Source of the DNA: Myxococcota bacterium
Lineage (GTDB): Bacteria; Myxococcota_A; UBA796; CAJQPC01
NCBI GenBank assembly: GCA_036012755.1
Contig: DASCPX010000027.1
Span: 288,001-352,000, forward strand
Reading direction: 5' to 3'
Length of the DNA stretch: 64,000 nt
How positions within the stretch are numbered: the stretch's first letter is position 1; each line of letters begins with the position of its first letter. The notes beneath the pieces are model-generated. The model had not been told where the DNA came from. It was given only the letters and a program-made list of their open reading frames with translations, and searched no databases. This document shows, piece after piece, positions 1 through 11,811 of the stretch. Both the position numbers and the translations under genes were made by a program.

Positions 1-62
1 TGGGCTTTGCCCTGCAGCTTGAGCTTGGCGTTGCGGAAGCCCTGGGAGAGGGTCTCGAGCAT
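1..62 (-). CDS. ffh: Signal recognition particle protein Ffh, N-terminus only (runs off window)
   Basis: Manual translation from ATG at 62: MLETLSQGFRNAKLKLQGKA, resembling the deltaproteobacterial Ffh N-terminal helix; only 20 codons visible. Confidence 0.65.
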   Translation of the reverse strand, partial: MLETLSQGFRNAKLKLQGKA

Positions 63-80
63 CTGAATCGGCCTCTTGGG

Positions 81-584
81 TCAGTCCTCTCGTCTAACCC
101 GGGCAAGGGACTTCGCCGGCCAGGACAGGCGCGGGTCGAGCTCCAGGGCACGCTCCCAGGCGAGCGCGGCCTGGTCCAGACGCCCCAGGCTCTCCAGCGC
201 ATTGCCGCGGCCGTTGTGGGCCAGGCCCAGGCTCGGGACCCGCGCGATGGCCTCGTCGTAGGCAGCCAGGGCACCCCCCGGGTCTCCGCTGAGCTGGAGC
301 GCGTCGCCGCGACCATGCCATGGCCAGGCCTCGGAGGGACTGGCCCGCGCCGCCTTGTCGAAGTGGAACAGGGCCTCGCCGAACTGACCGGTCTCCACGG
401 CGCGTCGGCCCGCCGCGAGGTCGGCGGCGTAGCTGGACGTCGAAGGCCCCGGACCACCTTTGTTCCGACCGGTCAGCGCGTGGAGCTGGTCCTCGTCCGG
501 ACGACCCAGCAAGCGCCCACCCATGCGCAACAGCAGCGTCAGCGGGCGGTCCAGCCGACGGGCCCACTCGGATCTACGTGTCAT
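81..584 (-). CDS. Small TPR-repeat protein
   Basis: TPR motifs (AWPWHGRGDALQLSG, LAHNGRGNALESLG, ALELDP); likely start MTRRSEW at 584. Confidence 0.75.
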   Translation of the reverse strand: MTRRSEWARRLDRPLTLLLRMGGRLLGRPDEDQLHALTGRNKGGPGPSTSSYAADLAAGRRAVETGQFGEALFHFDKAARASPSEAWPWHGRGDALQLSGDPGGALAAYDEAIARVPSLGLAHNGRGNALESLGRLDQAALAWERALELDPRLSWPAKSLARVRRED

Positions 585-654
585 ACCTGTGTCCGATCCT
601 TGACGGCCGGAGGATGCTGGGTCAATTTGCCCTCCCTGGCTGCGCGGAGGAGAC

Positions 655-1644
655 ATGCTCCTGGCTTGGCTCGCAGCTCTCGGCTGCACCGAGTACGACG
701 TCATCGTCCACGACGGTGCGGACATCTTCTACCAGGACCCCGCGAGCGCGGTGGACATCCTGATGATCGTCGACGACAGCTGCTCGATGGGTCCCTACCA
801 GAACGAGCTCTCGACGAACTTCGCCGAGTTCATCTCCTTCTTCGTAGACGCGAACATCGACTACCACATCGGCGTGGTGACGACGGACGTCTACGCGGAG
901 ACTGGCGGGCGCATCACCGACGGCACGGTCATCACGAACGACACCCCGGACGGCGAGGCGATCTTCCAGGATCTGGTCCGCGTCGGAACAGAGGGCAGCG
1001 GCACGGAGATGGGCCTCGAAGCGGCATACCTGGCGCTCACGGAGCCCCGCATCTCCACGAGCAACGCGGGCTTCCTGCGCGAGGAGGCCAGCCTGTCGCT
1101 GATCTTCGTCTCGGACGAGGAAGACAGCTCTCCCCTGCCCACCTACGAGTACGTGCGCACCTTCAACGACATCAAGGGCGCGCGCCAGCGGGACATCTTC
1201 AACGCCTCCGCGCTGGTGGTGACCGACCTCGGCGACTGCGGCTTCGGCCAGTCCAGTGGCTCCTCCGAGGGCGACCGGTACATCGACGTCGCCGGCATGA
1301 CGACCGGCGTCATCGGGAACATCTGCGCCGAGTCCTTCGCGGACATCGTCACGCAGCTCTCGCTGAACGCCTCGCGCCTCCGGGACACCTTCTACCTGGC
1401 ATCGGAGCCGACGGCCTCGACCATCGAGGTGAGCGTCGACGGCGTGTTGCTCGACTGCAACGACGGGGGCTTCAACTACGAGCGCGTGATCGACGAGGAG
1501 GGCGTCGAGCGGCCGGCGATCGTCTTCGAGCGGGACTGGATTCCTGCGCCCAGCTCACAGATCGCCATCCGCTACGACTACGGCGGGGGCGACATCGATG
1601 GCTTCTGCAGCTCTGAGAGCGCGGCCGACACGGGTGGCACCTGA
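655..1644 (+). CDS. vWA (MIDAS) domain lipoprotein
   Basis: Lipobox ALGC at residue 11; DILMIVDDSCSM = DxSxS MIDAS; IFVSDEED; RBS GGAGG upstream. Confidence 0.8.
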   Translation: MLLAWLAALGCTEYDVIVHDGADIFYQDPASAVDILMIVDDSCSMGPYQNELSTNFAEFISFFVDANIDYHIGVVTTDVYAETGGRITDGTVITNDTPDGEAIFQDLVRVGTEGSGTEMGLEAAYLALTEPRISTSNAGFLREEASLSLIFVSDEEDSSPLPTYEYVRTFNDIKGARQRDIFNASALVVTDLGDCGFGQSSGSSEGDRYIDVAGMTTGVIGNICAESFADIVTQLSLNASRLRDTFYLASEPTASTIEVSVDGVLLDCNDGGFNYERVIDEEGVERPAIVFERDWIPAPSSQIAIRYDYGGGDIDGFCSSESAADTGGT

Positions 1645-2324
1645 TGCTGCTCCTCATCGCAGCCCTGGGCTGCAACGCCGGCAAGACGCAGTGCGTCGAC
1701 AACGGTCAGTGCAGCGATGGCCAGGCCTGCGTCGCAGAGGTCTGCGAGGACGTCGATTGCCTGGCCTCGGCCGACTGCGAAATCGGGCAGTACTGCAACG
1801 CCGGCTACGCTTGCAAGGACGGCTGCAAGGGCGACGACGACTGCCTCGCGGGGCAGATCTGCGACACGGCGATTCGCCAGTGCATCGAGGCGGGCTGCGA
1901 GTCCACAGAGCTGGACTGCTGGGTCGGTCAGATCTGTGACCAGGTCACCGGCACCTGCAACGACGACGACGCGACCTGTTCGGAGACCTGCCACGTCTAC
2001 ACAGACACCAACTGCGGTGGCAGCGCAAGCTGCTTCATGTCCAACTTCGGCGACGAGTGCTCTCAGAACTCCGACTGCCCCAGCGGCAGCACCTGTGACG
2101 GCTTCGTCGTGAGCGACGACTTCTGCACCCGCCACCAGGACTGCCCAGCGGGCGCCTACTGCTCGGCCTACCAGTGCCTGCAGGACCTGTGCCACGCCGA
2201 CTACTGCTACAACAGCTGCCAGAGTCAGGCCGACTGTCCCGCCGGCTTCAGCTGCCTGGACTCGGGGATCGGCAAGGTCTGCTACGGGGACTGTGCCTAC
2301 TTCAAGCAGAACGGGTACCTGTAG
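1644..2324 (+). CDS. Cysteine-rich repeat lipoprotein
   Basis: MLLLIAALGC; 35 Cys in C-x4/5-C repeats; TGATG overlap with upstream gene. Confidence 0.8.
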   Translation: MLLLIAALGCNAGKTQCVDNGQCSDGQACVAEVCEDVDCLASADCEIGQYCNAGYACKDGCKGDDDCLAGQICDTAIRQCIEAGCESTELDCWVGQICDQVTGTCNDDDATCSETCHVYTDTNCGGSASCFMSNFGDECSQNSDCPSGSTCDGFVVSDDFCTRHQDCPAGAYCSAYQCLQDLCHADYCYNSCQSQADCPAGFSCLDSGIGKVCYGDCAYFKQNGYL

Positions 2325-2360
2325 CCGGACATCTGTGATCCCAGATCACAACTGACGGGC

Positions 2361-2807
2361 TCAGCGGGTGCCGGTGCTCCCGAAGCCGCCACCACCCCGC
2401 TGTGTCGCGTCCAGGTCCTCGACCTCGACGACGGTCGCCTGAACGACCGGAGCGATCACCAGCTGGGCGATGCGCTCTCCACGCTCGATCAGGATCCTGT
2501 CCGTGCCGTGGTTGATCAGCAGGACCTTGAGCTCGCCCCGGTAGTCACTGTCGATCGTGCCGGGGGCGTTGATCACAGCCAGCCCCTTGCGGAACGCCAG
2601 GCCAGAGCGCGCACGCACCTGTCCCTCGAAACCCCCTGAGATGGCGATGCGCATGCCCGTCGGCACCGCCTGGCGCTCCCCGGGCTCGAGCACGAGCGGC
2701 TCGAGCACAGCCGCGCGGAGGTCCATCCCCGCCGAGCCGTCGGTCTGGTAGCCGGGGAGCTCGAGTCCGTGTCCATGGGCGAGTCGCGCGAATCGGATGG
2801 TTGCCAT
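2361..2807 (-). CDS. dut: dUTP diphosphatase
   Basis: Motifs [36 protein letters not shown]. Confidence 0.95.
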   Translation of the reverse strand: MATIRFARLAHGHGLELPGYQTDGSAGMDLRAAVLEPLVLEPGERQAVPTGMRIAISGGFEGQVRARSGLAFRKGLAVINAPGTIDSDYRGELKVLLINHGTDRILIERGERIAQLVIAPVVQATVVEVEDLDATQRGGGGFGSTGTR

Positions 2808-2857
2808 GGGCTCTGCTATCGCGCCGATCACTCCGCCTGGGTTCCCAGCGACGACGA

Positions 2858-2887
2858 GAAAAGCCCGGAGCCGTGGCCCCGGGCTTC
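2858..2887 (-). terminator. Rho-independent terminator after pnp
   Basis: AAGCCCGG...CCGGGCTT stem followed by TTTT on minus strand, just past pnp stop. Confidence 0.65.
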
Positions 2888-2904
2888 TGCGCTACAGCGT
2901 CGAT

Positions 2905-5016
<2,112 letters not shown>

Positions 5017-5063
5017 GGGTGTTCCTTTGCTGCCCTCATTCGGGCGTTTTGCTTCGGACCCCT

Positions 5064-5133
5064 GCGCCACCCCGTAGACCTTCTCGGAGTGAGCGAGGAT
5101 CGCTCAGTCCGCGGAGATCGACGGTGCAGGCGC
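5064..5133 (-). promoter_or_regulatory. Long hairpin in pnp 5' leader (candidate RNase III autoregulation site)
   Basis: About 70-nt imperfect stem centred on TGAGCGA-GGA-TCGCTCA between rpsO and pnp. Confidence 0.5.
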
Positions 5134-5225
5134 CCGTCGCGCGTTTGAAAACGGAGTTGAGTAAAGAACGATTGGCTAAACGCCAGAAGGGCCAAGGCAA
5201 GAGCCCGGCCCATCTTTTCGGAGGC

Positions 5226-5495
5226 TCAGCGACGGAGCCCCAGGGACTTGATGAGCGTCTTGTAGCGACCCTCGTCATTGGACTTCAGGTAGCGAAGGAG
5301 ACGGCGCCGCTGGCCGACCAGCTTCAGGAGACCACGACGTGAGTGGTGGTCCTTGTGGTGGGTCCGGAAGTGCTCGGTGAGCTGCGTGATGCGTGTCGTG
5401 AGGAGCGCGACCTGGACCTCCGGCGAACCGGTGTCGCCTTCGTGGGTCGCGTACTCTTCGATGATGGTCGCCTTCTCGCTGCGATGCAGGGCCAT
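5226..5495 (-). CDS. rpsO: 30S ribosomal protein S15
   Basis: [34 protein letters not shown]; 89 aa; upstream of pnp. Confidence 0.98.
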   Translation of the reverse strand: MALHRSEKATIIEEYATHEGDTGSPEVQVALLTTRITQLTEHFRTHHKDHHSRRGLLKLVGQRRRLLRYLKSNDEGRYKTLIKSLGLRR

Positions 5496-5594
5496 GTCTT
5501 TGTCCAGTGGCCATGTCTCAGGCCGTCAGTCGGAAGAGTCAGCGTCCCTGGCCATGGCGCCAGCGGGCCGTCTCGACCGTATCCGCCGCCGCAT

Positions 5595-6702
5595 CTAATC
5601 GGTACTGGCGCGTCGGGCCAGCCAGGCCTCCATGAAGGCGTCGAGATCCCCGTCGAGCACGCGGTCGGTGTTCCCGATCTCGAGGCCGGTCCGGGTGTCC
5701 TTCACCATCCGGTAGGGGTTGAGCACGTAGTTGCGGATCTGCGACCCCCACTCGATCTTCTTCTTCTCGGCGTTGGCGGCGTCGATCTCGGCCTGCCGCA
5801 GCTCGAGAATGTGCTGGTAGATGCGCGAACGCAGCATCTTCAAGGCCGTGGCCTTGTTCTTGTGCTGACTGCGCTCGTTCTGACAGCTGACGACGAGCCC
5901 CGTGGGGTTGTGGGTGATCCGGACCGCGGAGTCCGTCGTGTTGACGTGCTGTCCCCCGGCACCGCTGGCCCTGAAGGTGTCGATGCGCAGGTCGCTGGTC
6001 AGGATCTCCACCTCGATGCTGTCGTCGATGTTCGGGTAGGCCCCGACGCTCGCGAAGGCCGTGTGGCGTCGAGCCGCCGCGTCGAAGGGTGAGATCCTGA
6101 CGAGGCGATGCACGCCGATCTCAGCCTTGAGCCAGCCATAGGCGAAGGGTCCGTCGATCTCGATGGTGCAGTGCTTGATGCCGGCCTCGTCGTGCGCCTG
6201 CTCGTCGACCAGGCGGGTCTTGAAGCCCCTCCGCTCGGCCCAGCGGAGGTACATGCGCTTGAGCATCTCGGCCCAGTCGCTGGCGTCGGTGCCACCCGCC
6301 CCGGAGTTGATCTCCAGGATGGCGGAGGCGTCGTCTCCCTCCTCGCCCAGGAGTCGCTGGACCTCGAGACGCTCGATCCGCCCCTCCAGGGCAAGCAGTC
6401 CCGCCCTGGCCTCGTCGACGAACTCCGCGTCCGGCTCCTCCTCGTTCAGCTCGAGCAGCGTGCTGATCTCCTCGACGGAGTCGGACAGCGCGGTCCACTC
6501 ACGGACGACTTTCTCCAGCGTCGCCTTCTTGCGCAGCACTCCCTGGGCGCGCTTCTGGTCCCCCCAGAACTCGGGGTTCGACGCCTGGTTGTCCAGGTCG
6601 GCGACCTCATCCTGCTTGCCAGCTACGTCAAAGATGCCCCCGAAGCTGCTCGACTCGTTCCGACGCCGCGTTCAGACGGCTCTTGATCTCTTCGGGACCC
6701 AT
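5595..6702 (-). CDS. prfB: Peptide chain release factor 2 with +1 programmed frameshift
   Basis: GGQ and SPF motifs; ATG at 6702 (RBS GGAGGA) reads 24 codons to CGGGGG-CAT-CTT-TGA-C, then the +1 frame continues DVAGKQDEV...FWGDQKRAQ. Confidence 0.95.
6627..6642 (-). promoter_or_regulatory. prfB frameshift site (internal SD-like CGGGGG + CTT TGA C)
   Basis: Canonical CUU-UGA-C slippery site; TGA at 6630-6628. Confidence 0.92.
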
Positions 6703-6728
6703 GTCGTCCTCCAACGAGGGCCAGATAG

Positions 6729-7184
6729 TCATCTCACGGCCGAGATCAACCCTGCGCCCTTCCACTGTAGGCGGCCGAGCAGCCTCCGCTCGGCCGCCGC
6801 CATCTCCGCGAGGCCCTCGGCGCCGGTCTCGTGGTCGTAGCCGAGGAGATGCAACAGGCCATGCACCAACAGGACCCGCAGCTCGTCGAGGACCTCGTGC
6901 TGGCGCTCGGCGGCCTGGCGGCGGCAGGTGTGGAGCGAGACGACCACGTCGCCGAGCACGCGCTCGTCGTCCATCGGAAAGGACAGGACGTCGGTCGGAG
7001 CGTCATGGCCGCGCCAGCGCGCGTTCAGCTCCCTGATGTGGTCATCCGAGCACAGGACGATCGACAGCTCGCTCTCGGACAGCTCCGCGCAGTCCAACAG
7101 CGCCTGGCCATCCCGCTCGACCAGCTCGACCAGCTCGACGAGTCCTGGTTCGGAGAGGGCGCCCGCGCGGCTCACCAGGACCAC
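6729..7184 (-). CDS. ybeY: rRNA maturation endoribonuclease YbeY
   Basis: PTDVLSFP and HGLLHLLGYDH motifs. Confidence 0.95.
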   Translation of the reverse strand: MVLVSRAGALSEPGLVELVELVERDGQALLDCAELSESELSIVLCSDDHIRELNARWRGHDAPTDVLSFPMDDERVLGDVVVSLHTCRRQAAERQHEVLDELRVLLVHGLLHLLGYDHETGAEGLAEMAAAERRLLGRLQWKGAGLISAVR

Positions 7185-9613
7185 TAGCGCTCTCGGGGGC
7201 CCCAGCCGGGCAGGTACTCGGGGCTCTCGTAGTCCACGAGGCCCTCTTCCTCAGGTGGCGGGTCGTCCCCAGAGGTCTCGAGCACGAGGTCGGAGGCCGG
7301 GATCTCCAGCGTGATGACCGGCTCATCGACGGCCTCCGTCTCGTCCGGGTCCTCTCCATCCGCGACGAAGGGGCGGGGCTCCGGGTACTCGATGCGATGG
7401 TGGTGGATGGCCAGGACGGTCTTCTTGAGGACGTCCGCGATGACCGTGATCTCCTTGACGGTGAGCGGGCACTGGCTGAACTGGCCCTCCGCCATCACCG
7501 AGTTGATGATCTTCTGGATCATCGCCGCCACGTTCTCGGGGTTCGGATCCCGGATCGAGCGGCAGGCGGCCTCGATCTTGTCCGCCAGCATGATGATGCC
7601 GGCCTCGCGGGTGTTCGGCTTGGGGCCGGGGTACCGGAAGTCGCTCGGATCGACCTTTGGATTCGAGGCCCGCCAGGCGGCCGCGCGGGCCTTGTTGTAG
7701 AAGTAGTGCACCAGGCCCGTGCCGTGGTGCATGTAGATGTTGTCGATGACCGGCCGGGGGAGCTTGTGCTTCTTCGCGATCTTGCCGCCGTCGAGGACGT
7801 GGTCGATGATCACCCTCGCCGACTGGTGCGATCCCAGCCGCTCGTGACGGTTCACACCGTCGCGCTGGTTCTCGACGAAGTAGGCCGGCCGCACGGCCTT
7901 GCCGATGTCGTGGAAGTAGCTGCACACCCGGCACAACAGCGCGTTGGCGCCGATGGCCTCTGCGGCAGCCTCTGCGAGGGTGCCGACCATCACCGAGTGG
8001 TGGTAGCTGCCGGGCGCGCGGAGCATCAGGTTCCGCAACAGCGGGTGGTCGAGGTTCCCGAGCTCCAGGAGCTTGAGATCCGTGTCGAAACCGACGAGCT
8101 CGAATAGCGGCACCATCCCCAGGACGAGGAAGGCGCTCACGACGCCACCAACGAAGGCGAAGACCGCCTCCCAACCCGGGTTCAGGTGCGCCGCCCCACC
8201 TGCGGATTCGGCCAGGTTCGCCTGCACGAGGTTGATGAGCAGCACGAAGGCCGCGTTCATCACGCCGGTGAAGATCCCGGCGCGGAGGATGGCGCTGCGC
8301 TCCCGCTTCTTCCCGATCGAGCCCGCTGCGATGACGCTGGAGACGATGAAATAGATGATCAGGGTCGCCGAGTGCTCCATCAAGAGCCCGGACAGGACCG
8401 CTGCCACCACGGCGAAGACCAAGGCGGTCTCGCTGTTTATGAGAATGCGGACGAGCAGGACCACCCCGGCCACGGGTACCAGGTAGAAGAGGCTGGCGCC
8501 GGCGATCTCGCCCGAGGCCGACAGTGGGACGCTGACGTACACGACCAGCCGCCCCAACAGCAGCGTCAGGACCAGGAGCAGCCCAAGCGCTTCGATGTCC
8601 CTGCGTCGGCTCGAGAACTTGCGGATGGTGGCCCGAGCGAACCAGTAGACGCTCGTGAGCAGCAGGAGGCAAAAGGCGAAGAGCGAGCCGGCCACAGCCC
8701 ACGGGCTTCGTCCGGTGGTGGTCTGCCGCATCTGCTCCAACAGTGCGATCTGGTGGGCCGTGACGACGTCTCCTGCACGCACGAGCGTCGTGCCACGATC
8801 GATGCTGAGCACCACCGGGGCGACGGTCTGTCCGGCCTCCAGCCGGCGGTGTTCCGTGAGCCTGGCGTTGTAGGAGAAGTTCGAGCGGACGGCAGCGCGC
8901 GCGATGGCCCCCGCCGCCCGGGTGTGGGCCCCGTCGTCCTCGCGCTCCAAGAGCGCGAGTGTGATCTGCTGCCGAGCGCCAGCGGTCGTGGCGATCTCGT
9001 CGTAGGAGCGCAAGGTCGTCTGCTCGGTCTCCTCGCCCATCAGTCGCACGACGGTGATCGGGACGACCTCCATCGGAAGCGCCGCCCGGTCGGCGACGAC
9101 GCGCCCCTTCATGGCCGTGCCCAGGAGCTCGGTCGCGGTGCGCTCGATCGAGGGTTCGAAGCCGGAGGCCACCAGGACGGCGATGTCGTCGGCCTTCAAG
9201 GTCAGGGCGAGCGTATCGGCGAAGACGACACCCAGCTGCTCGGTCTGCTCGGGGCTCAGCTCACCCCCGTCGCCGGCCTCCAGGAGGGCCTGTTCGTACT
9301 TGGAGCGGCCGACCTGGAAGGCCGCGCTGATGCGCGCCTGCTGCCGGCCGGCGAGGAGGACGTCGTGGTCGTACACCGGCGCGACACCGTCGACGGCGGC
9401 TTCGATGCGGGCCTGCGTCACCGCCTCGTCGACGAACTCGAACTTCACGGGCGCGCGAATGTCGGAGCGCGCCACCTGGCCCTTGTCCAGGCCCGGGTCC
9501 TGGACCTGCCGGAACTCGGTCAACAAGAGCGCGACCGCGCCGCAGACGAGCACAAGCACGAGGACGGTGCGGACGGCCGAGAGGCTGGCCAGTCGCTCGC
9601 GTAGGGCGCCTAT
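7184..9613 (-). CDS. 7TM-HD (HDIG) membrane phosphohydrolase, PgpH-like c-di-AMP phosphodiesterase family
   Basis: Extracellular domain + multiple TMs + YHHS, HDIGK, HHGT, LADKIEAA; phoH-x-ybeY synteny; start uncertain (GTG 9559 or ATA 9613). Confidence 0.85.
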   Translation of the reverse strand: MGALRERLASLSAVRTVLVLVLVCGAVALLLTEFRQVQDPGLDKGQVARSDIRAPVKFEFVDEAVTQARIEAAVDGVAPVYDHDVLLAGRQQARISAAFQVGRSKYEQALLEAGDGGELSPEQTEQLGVVFADTLALTLKADDIAVLVASGFEPSIERTATELLGTAMKGRVVADRAALPMEVVPITVVRLMGEETEQTTLRSYDEIATTAGARQQITLALLEREDDGAHTRAAGAIARAAVRSNFSYNARLTEHRRLEAGQTVAPVVLSIDRGTTLVRAGDVVTAHQIALLEQMRQTTTGRSPWAVAGSLFAFCLLLLTSVYWFARATIRKFSSRRRDIEALGLLLVLTLLLGRLVVYVSVPLSASGEIAGASLFYLVPVAGVVLLVRILINSETALVFAVVAAVLSGLLMEHSATLIIYFIVSSVIAAGSIGKKRERSAILRAGIFTGVMNAAFVLLINLVQANLAESAGGAAHLNPGWEAVFAFVGGVVSAFLVLGMVPLFELVGFDTDLKLLELGNLDHPLLRNLMLRAPGSYHHSVMVGTLAEAAAEAIGANALLCRVCSYFHDIGKAVRPAYFVENQRDGVNRHERLGSHQSARVIIDHVLDGGKIAKKHKLPRPVIDNIYMHHGTGLVHYFYNKARAAAWRASNPKVDPSDFRYPGPKPNTREAGIIMLADKIEAACRSIRDPNPENVAAMIQKIINSVMAEGQFSQCPLTVKEITVIADVLKKTVLAIHHHRIEYPEPRPFVADGEDPDETEAVDEPVITLEIPASDLVLETSGDDPPPEEEGLVDYESPEYLPGWGPRER

Positions 9614-10602
9614 GACTCGCCTCCACCTGACCGGGCCTCATCATAGGCGCGGATGATCGCGCTTACCAGGGCATGCCGCGCGACGTCGTCCGCCGTGAAC
9701 TCCACGAAGCCGATACGGGGGATATTCCTCAGAATCCGGCTGGCCTCCTCCAGCCCCGAGCGCGTGTTGCCCGGCAGGTCGACCTGGGAGGGGTCCCCTG
9801 TCACCACCGCCCGGGAGCCAACCCCGAGCCGGGTCAGGAACATCTTCATCTGCTCTGTCGTGGTGTTCTGCGCCTCGTCGAGGATGACGAAGGCCTCCGA
9901 CAGGGTGCGGCCGCGCATGAAAGCGAGAGGCGCGACCTCGATGACTCCACGCTCCATGAGGCGGAGCGTCTTGTCGTAGCCGATCATCTCGTGCAGGGCG
10001 TCGTAGAGCGGACGCAGGTAGGGGTTGACCTTCTCGACGAGGTCGCCGGGCAGGAAGCCGAGCTTCTCCCCCGCCTCCACCGCCGGGCGGCAGAGCACGA
10101 TCCGCTGGACGTCATTGGCGGACAGCGCGGCGACGGCCATGGCCACCGCCAGGTAGGTCTTGCCCGTCCCTGCGGGGCCCAGGCCGAACACGATGTCGCT
10201 GCGCCGGATGGTCTCCACGTAGATTCGCTGGTTGAGGCTGCGCGGGAAGATCGCGCGCTTCTTCCGGCCGACGAAGACGACGTCGTTGAAGAAGTCCGCC
10301 AGGCGGGCCTCTGGGTCGAGGCGAATGAGCCGACAGGCGTGACCGACCAGCGGAACGCTCAGGGTCAGACCGCCGTTGATGAGGACGTACAGCTGGTTCA
10401 AGAGCGACGCGGCCAGATCCACGGAGCCGTCGTCGCCGCTCACGGTGAGCGTCGTTCCGCGCTGGGTGATCCGCACTCCGAGCTCGCGGCCGACCTGCTT
10501 GAGGTGGCAGCCACAGTCACCCGTCAGCTCTCGGAGCTGAGTCGAGTGCTCGAAGTCCAGGTTGCGCTGTTGCAGGGATTGCTGGCGCTCGGTGTTGCCC
10601 AT
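9610..10602 (-). CDS. phoH: PhoH-like ATPase
   Basis: [37 protein letters not shown]; start uncertain (10602 or 10641). Confidence 0.95.
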   Translation of the reverse strand: MGNTERQQSLQQRNLDFEHSTQLRELTGDCGCHLKQVGRELGVRITQRGTTLTVSGDDGSVDLAASLLNQLYVLINGGLTLSVPLVGHACRLIRLDPEARLADFFNDVVFVGRKKRAIFPRSLNQRIYVETIRRSDIVFGLGPAGTGKTYLAVAMAVAALSANDVQRIVLCRPAVEAGEKLGFLPGDLVEKVNPYLRPLYDALHEMIGYDKTLRLMERGVIEVAPLAFMRGRTLSEAFVILDEAQNTTTEQMKMFLTRLGVGSRAVVTGDPSQVDLPGNTRSGLEEASRILRNIPRIGFVEFTADDVARHALVSAIIRAYDEARSGGGES

Positions 10603-10692
10603 CGAGGAGGCCTCCAAACCCAGCCAGGATAGCCACGCCACGCCCGGCAGGAAAGGTTAGGGGCGCGTCCCCGACCACACACGGAGGCTCCG

Positions 10693-11796
10693 ATGATCAT
10701 CGGCGTGCCCAAGGAGATCAAGCCCCAGGAGCACCGTGTCGGCCTCGTGCCCGCCGGCGCCAAGGGCCTCGTCCGCTCCGGACACACGGTCCTGGTCCAG
10801 CAGGGCGCCGGTGCCGGGTCTGGCTTGCCAGACGACGAGTACATCCGTGTGGGCGCCGAGATCGTCCCGACCGCGGAGGAGATCTATGGCCGCGCGGGCC
10901 TGATCTGGAAGGTCAAGGAGCCCTTGCCGGCAGAGTACGGCCTGCTCAGACAGAACCAGATCCTCTACACCTACCTCCACCTCGCACCGGATCCCACCCA
11001 GGCCGAGGCGCTCCTGAGAGCGGGCGTCATCGGCATCGCGTACGAGACGGTCGAGGCAGGGCGAACCCTCCCGCTGTTGACCCCGATGTCCGAGGTCGCC
11101 GGGCGCCTCTCCATCCAGGCCGGTGCCTTCTGCCTGACCCGCCACCAGGGCGGTCGCGGTGTGCTCCTGGGCGGCGTGCCTGGCGTCGAACCCGGCAAGG
11201 TCATGGTGCTCGGCGGCGGCATCGTCGGCCTCAACGCCGTGAAGATGGCAGTGGGCCTCGGCGCGGAGGTCACGGTCCTGGACATCAGCCTCGATCGACT
11301 CCGCTGGTTCGACAACCTCTACGACGGCCGCGTGAAGACGCTCCACTCCAACCCCTACAACGTCGAGCGCATGCTCGGCGCCGCGGACCTCGTCATCGGC
11401 GCGGTGCTGCTCGCCGGCGCGCGGGCCCCCAAGCTGATCACTCGCGAGTCGCTCTCGCTGATGAAGCGCGGCTCGGCCATCGTCGACGTCGCGGTGGATC
11501 AGGGCGGTTGTGTCGAGACGACCCACCCGACGACCCACGCCGAGCCCACGTACATCGTCGACGGCATCGTCCACTATGCCGTCGCCAACATGCCGGGTGC
11601 TGTGGCGCGAACATCGACCTTCGCCCTCAACAACGCCACGATTCCCTTTGGGATCGAGATCGCCAACCTCGGGTGGGAGGAGGCGATGCGGCGTGATCCC
11701 GTGTTGGCGAGCGGCCTGAACGTGGCCGACGGCCGCGTCACCAACAAGGCGGTCGCCGACGCGCTCGGCTACGACTTCGAGCCCTGGGTCGGTTAG
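10693..11796 (+). CDS. ald: Alanine dehydrogenase
   Basis: MIIGVPKEIK, KVKEP, YLHLA, DVAVDQGGC, VANMPGAV. Confidence 0.97.
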   Translation: MIIGVPKEIKPQEHRVGLVPAGAKGLVRSGHTVLVQQGAGAGSGLPDDEYIRVGAEIVPTAEEIYGRAGLIWKVKEPLPAEYGLLRQNQILYTYLHLAPDPTQAEALLRAGVIGIAYETVEAGRTLPLLTPMSEVAGRLSIQAGAFCLTRHQGGRGVLLGGVPGVEPGKVMVLGGGIVGLNAVKMAVGLGAEVTVLDISLDRLRWFDNLYDGRVKTLHSNPYNVERMLGAADLVIGAVLLAGARAPKLITRESLSLMKRGSAIVDVAVDQGGCVETTHPTTHAEPTYIVDGIVHYAVANMPGAVARTSTFALNNATIPFGIEIANLGWEEAMRRDPVLASGLNVADGRVTNKAVADALGYDFEPWVG

Positions 11797-11811
11797 CGGT
11801 AGACTGGCTCC

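Noticed and set aside
1644..2324. Cys-rich protein as a cytochrome
   Set aside because: No canonical CxxCH; Cys spacing fits disulfide-bonded repeats
2334..2350. TGTGA...TCACA as a CRP/FNR site
   Set aside because: Spacer is 7 rather than 6 nt and it lies between convergent 3' ends; more likely a small terminator-type hairpin
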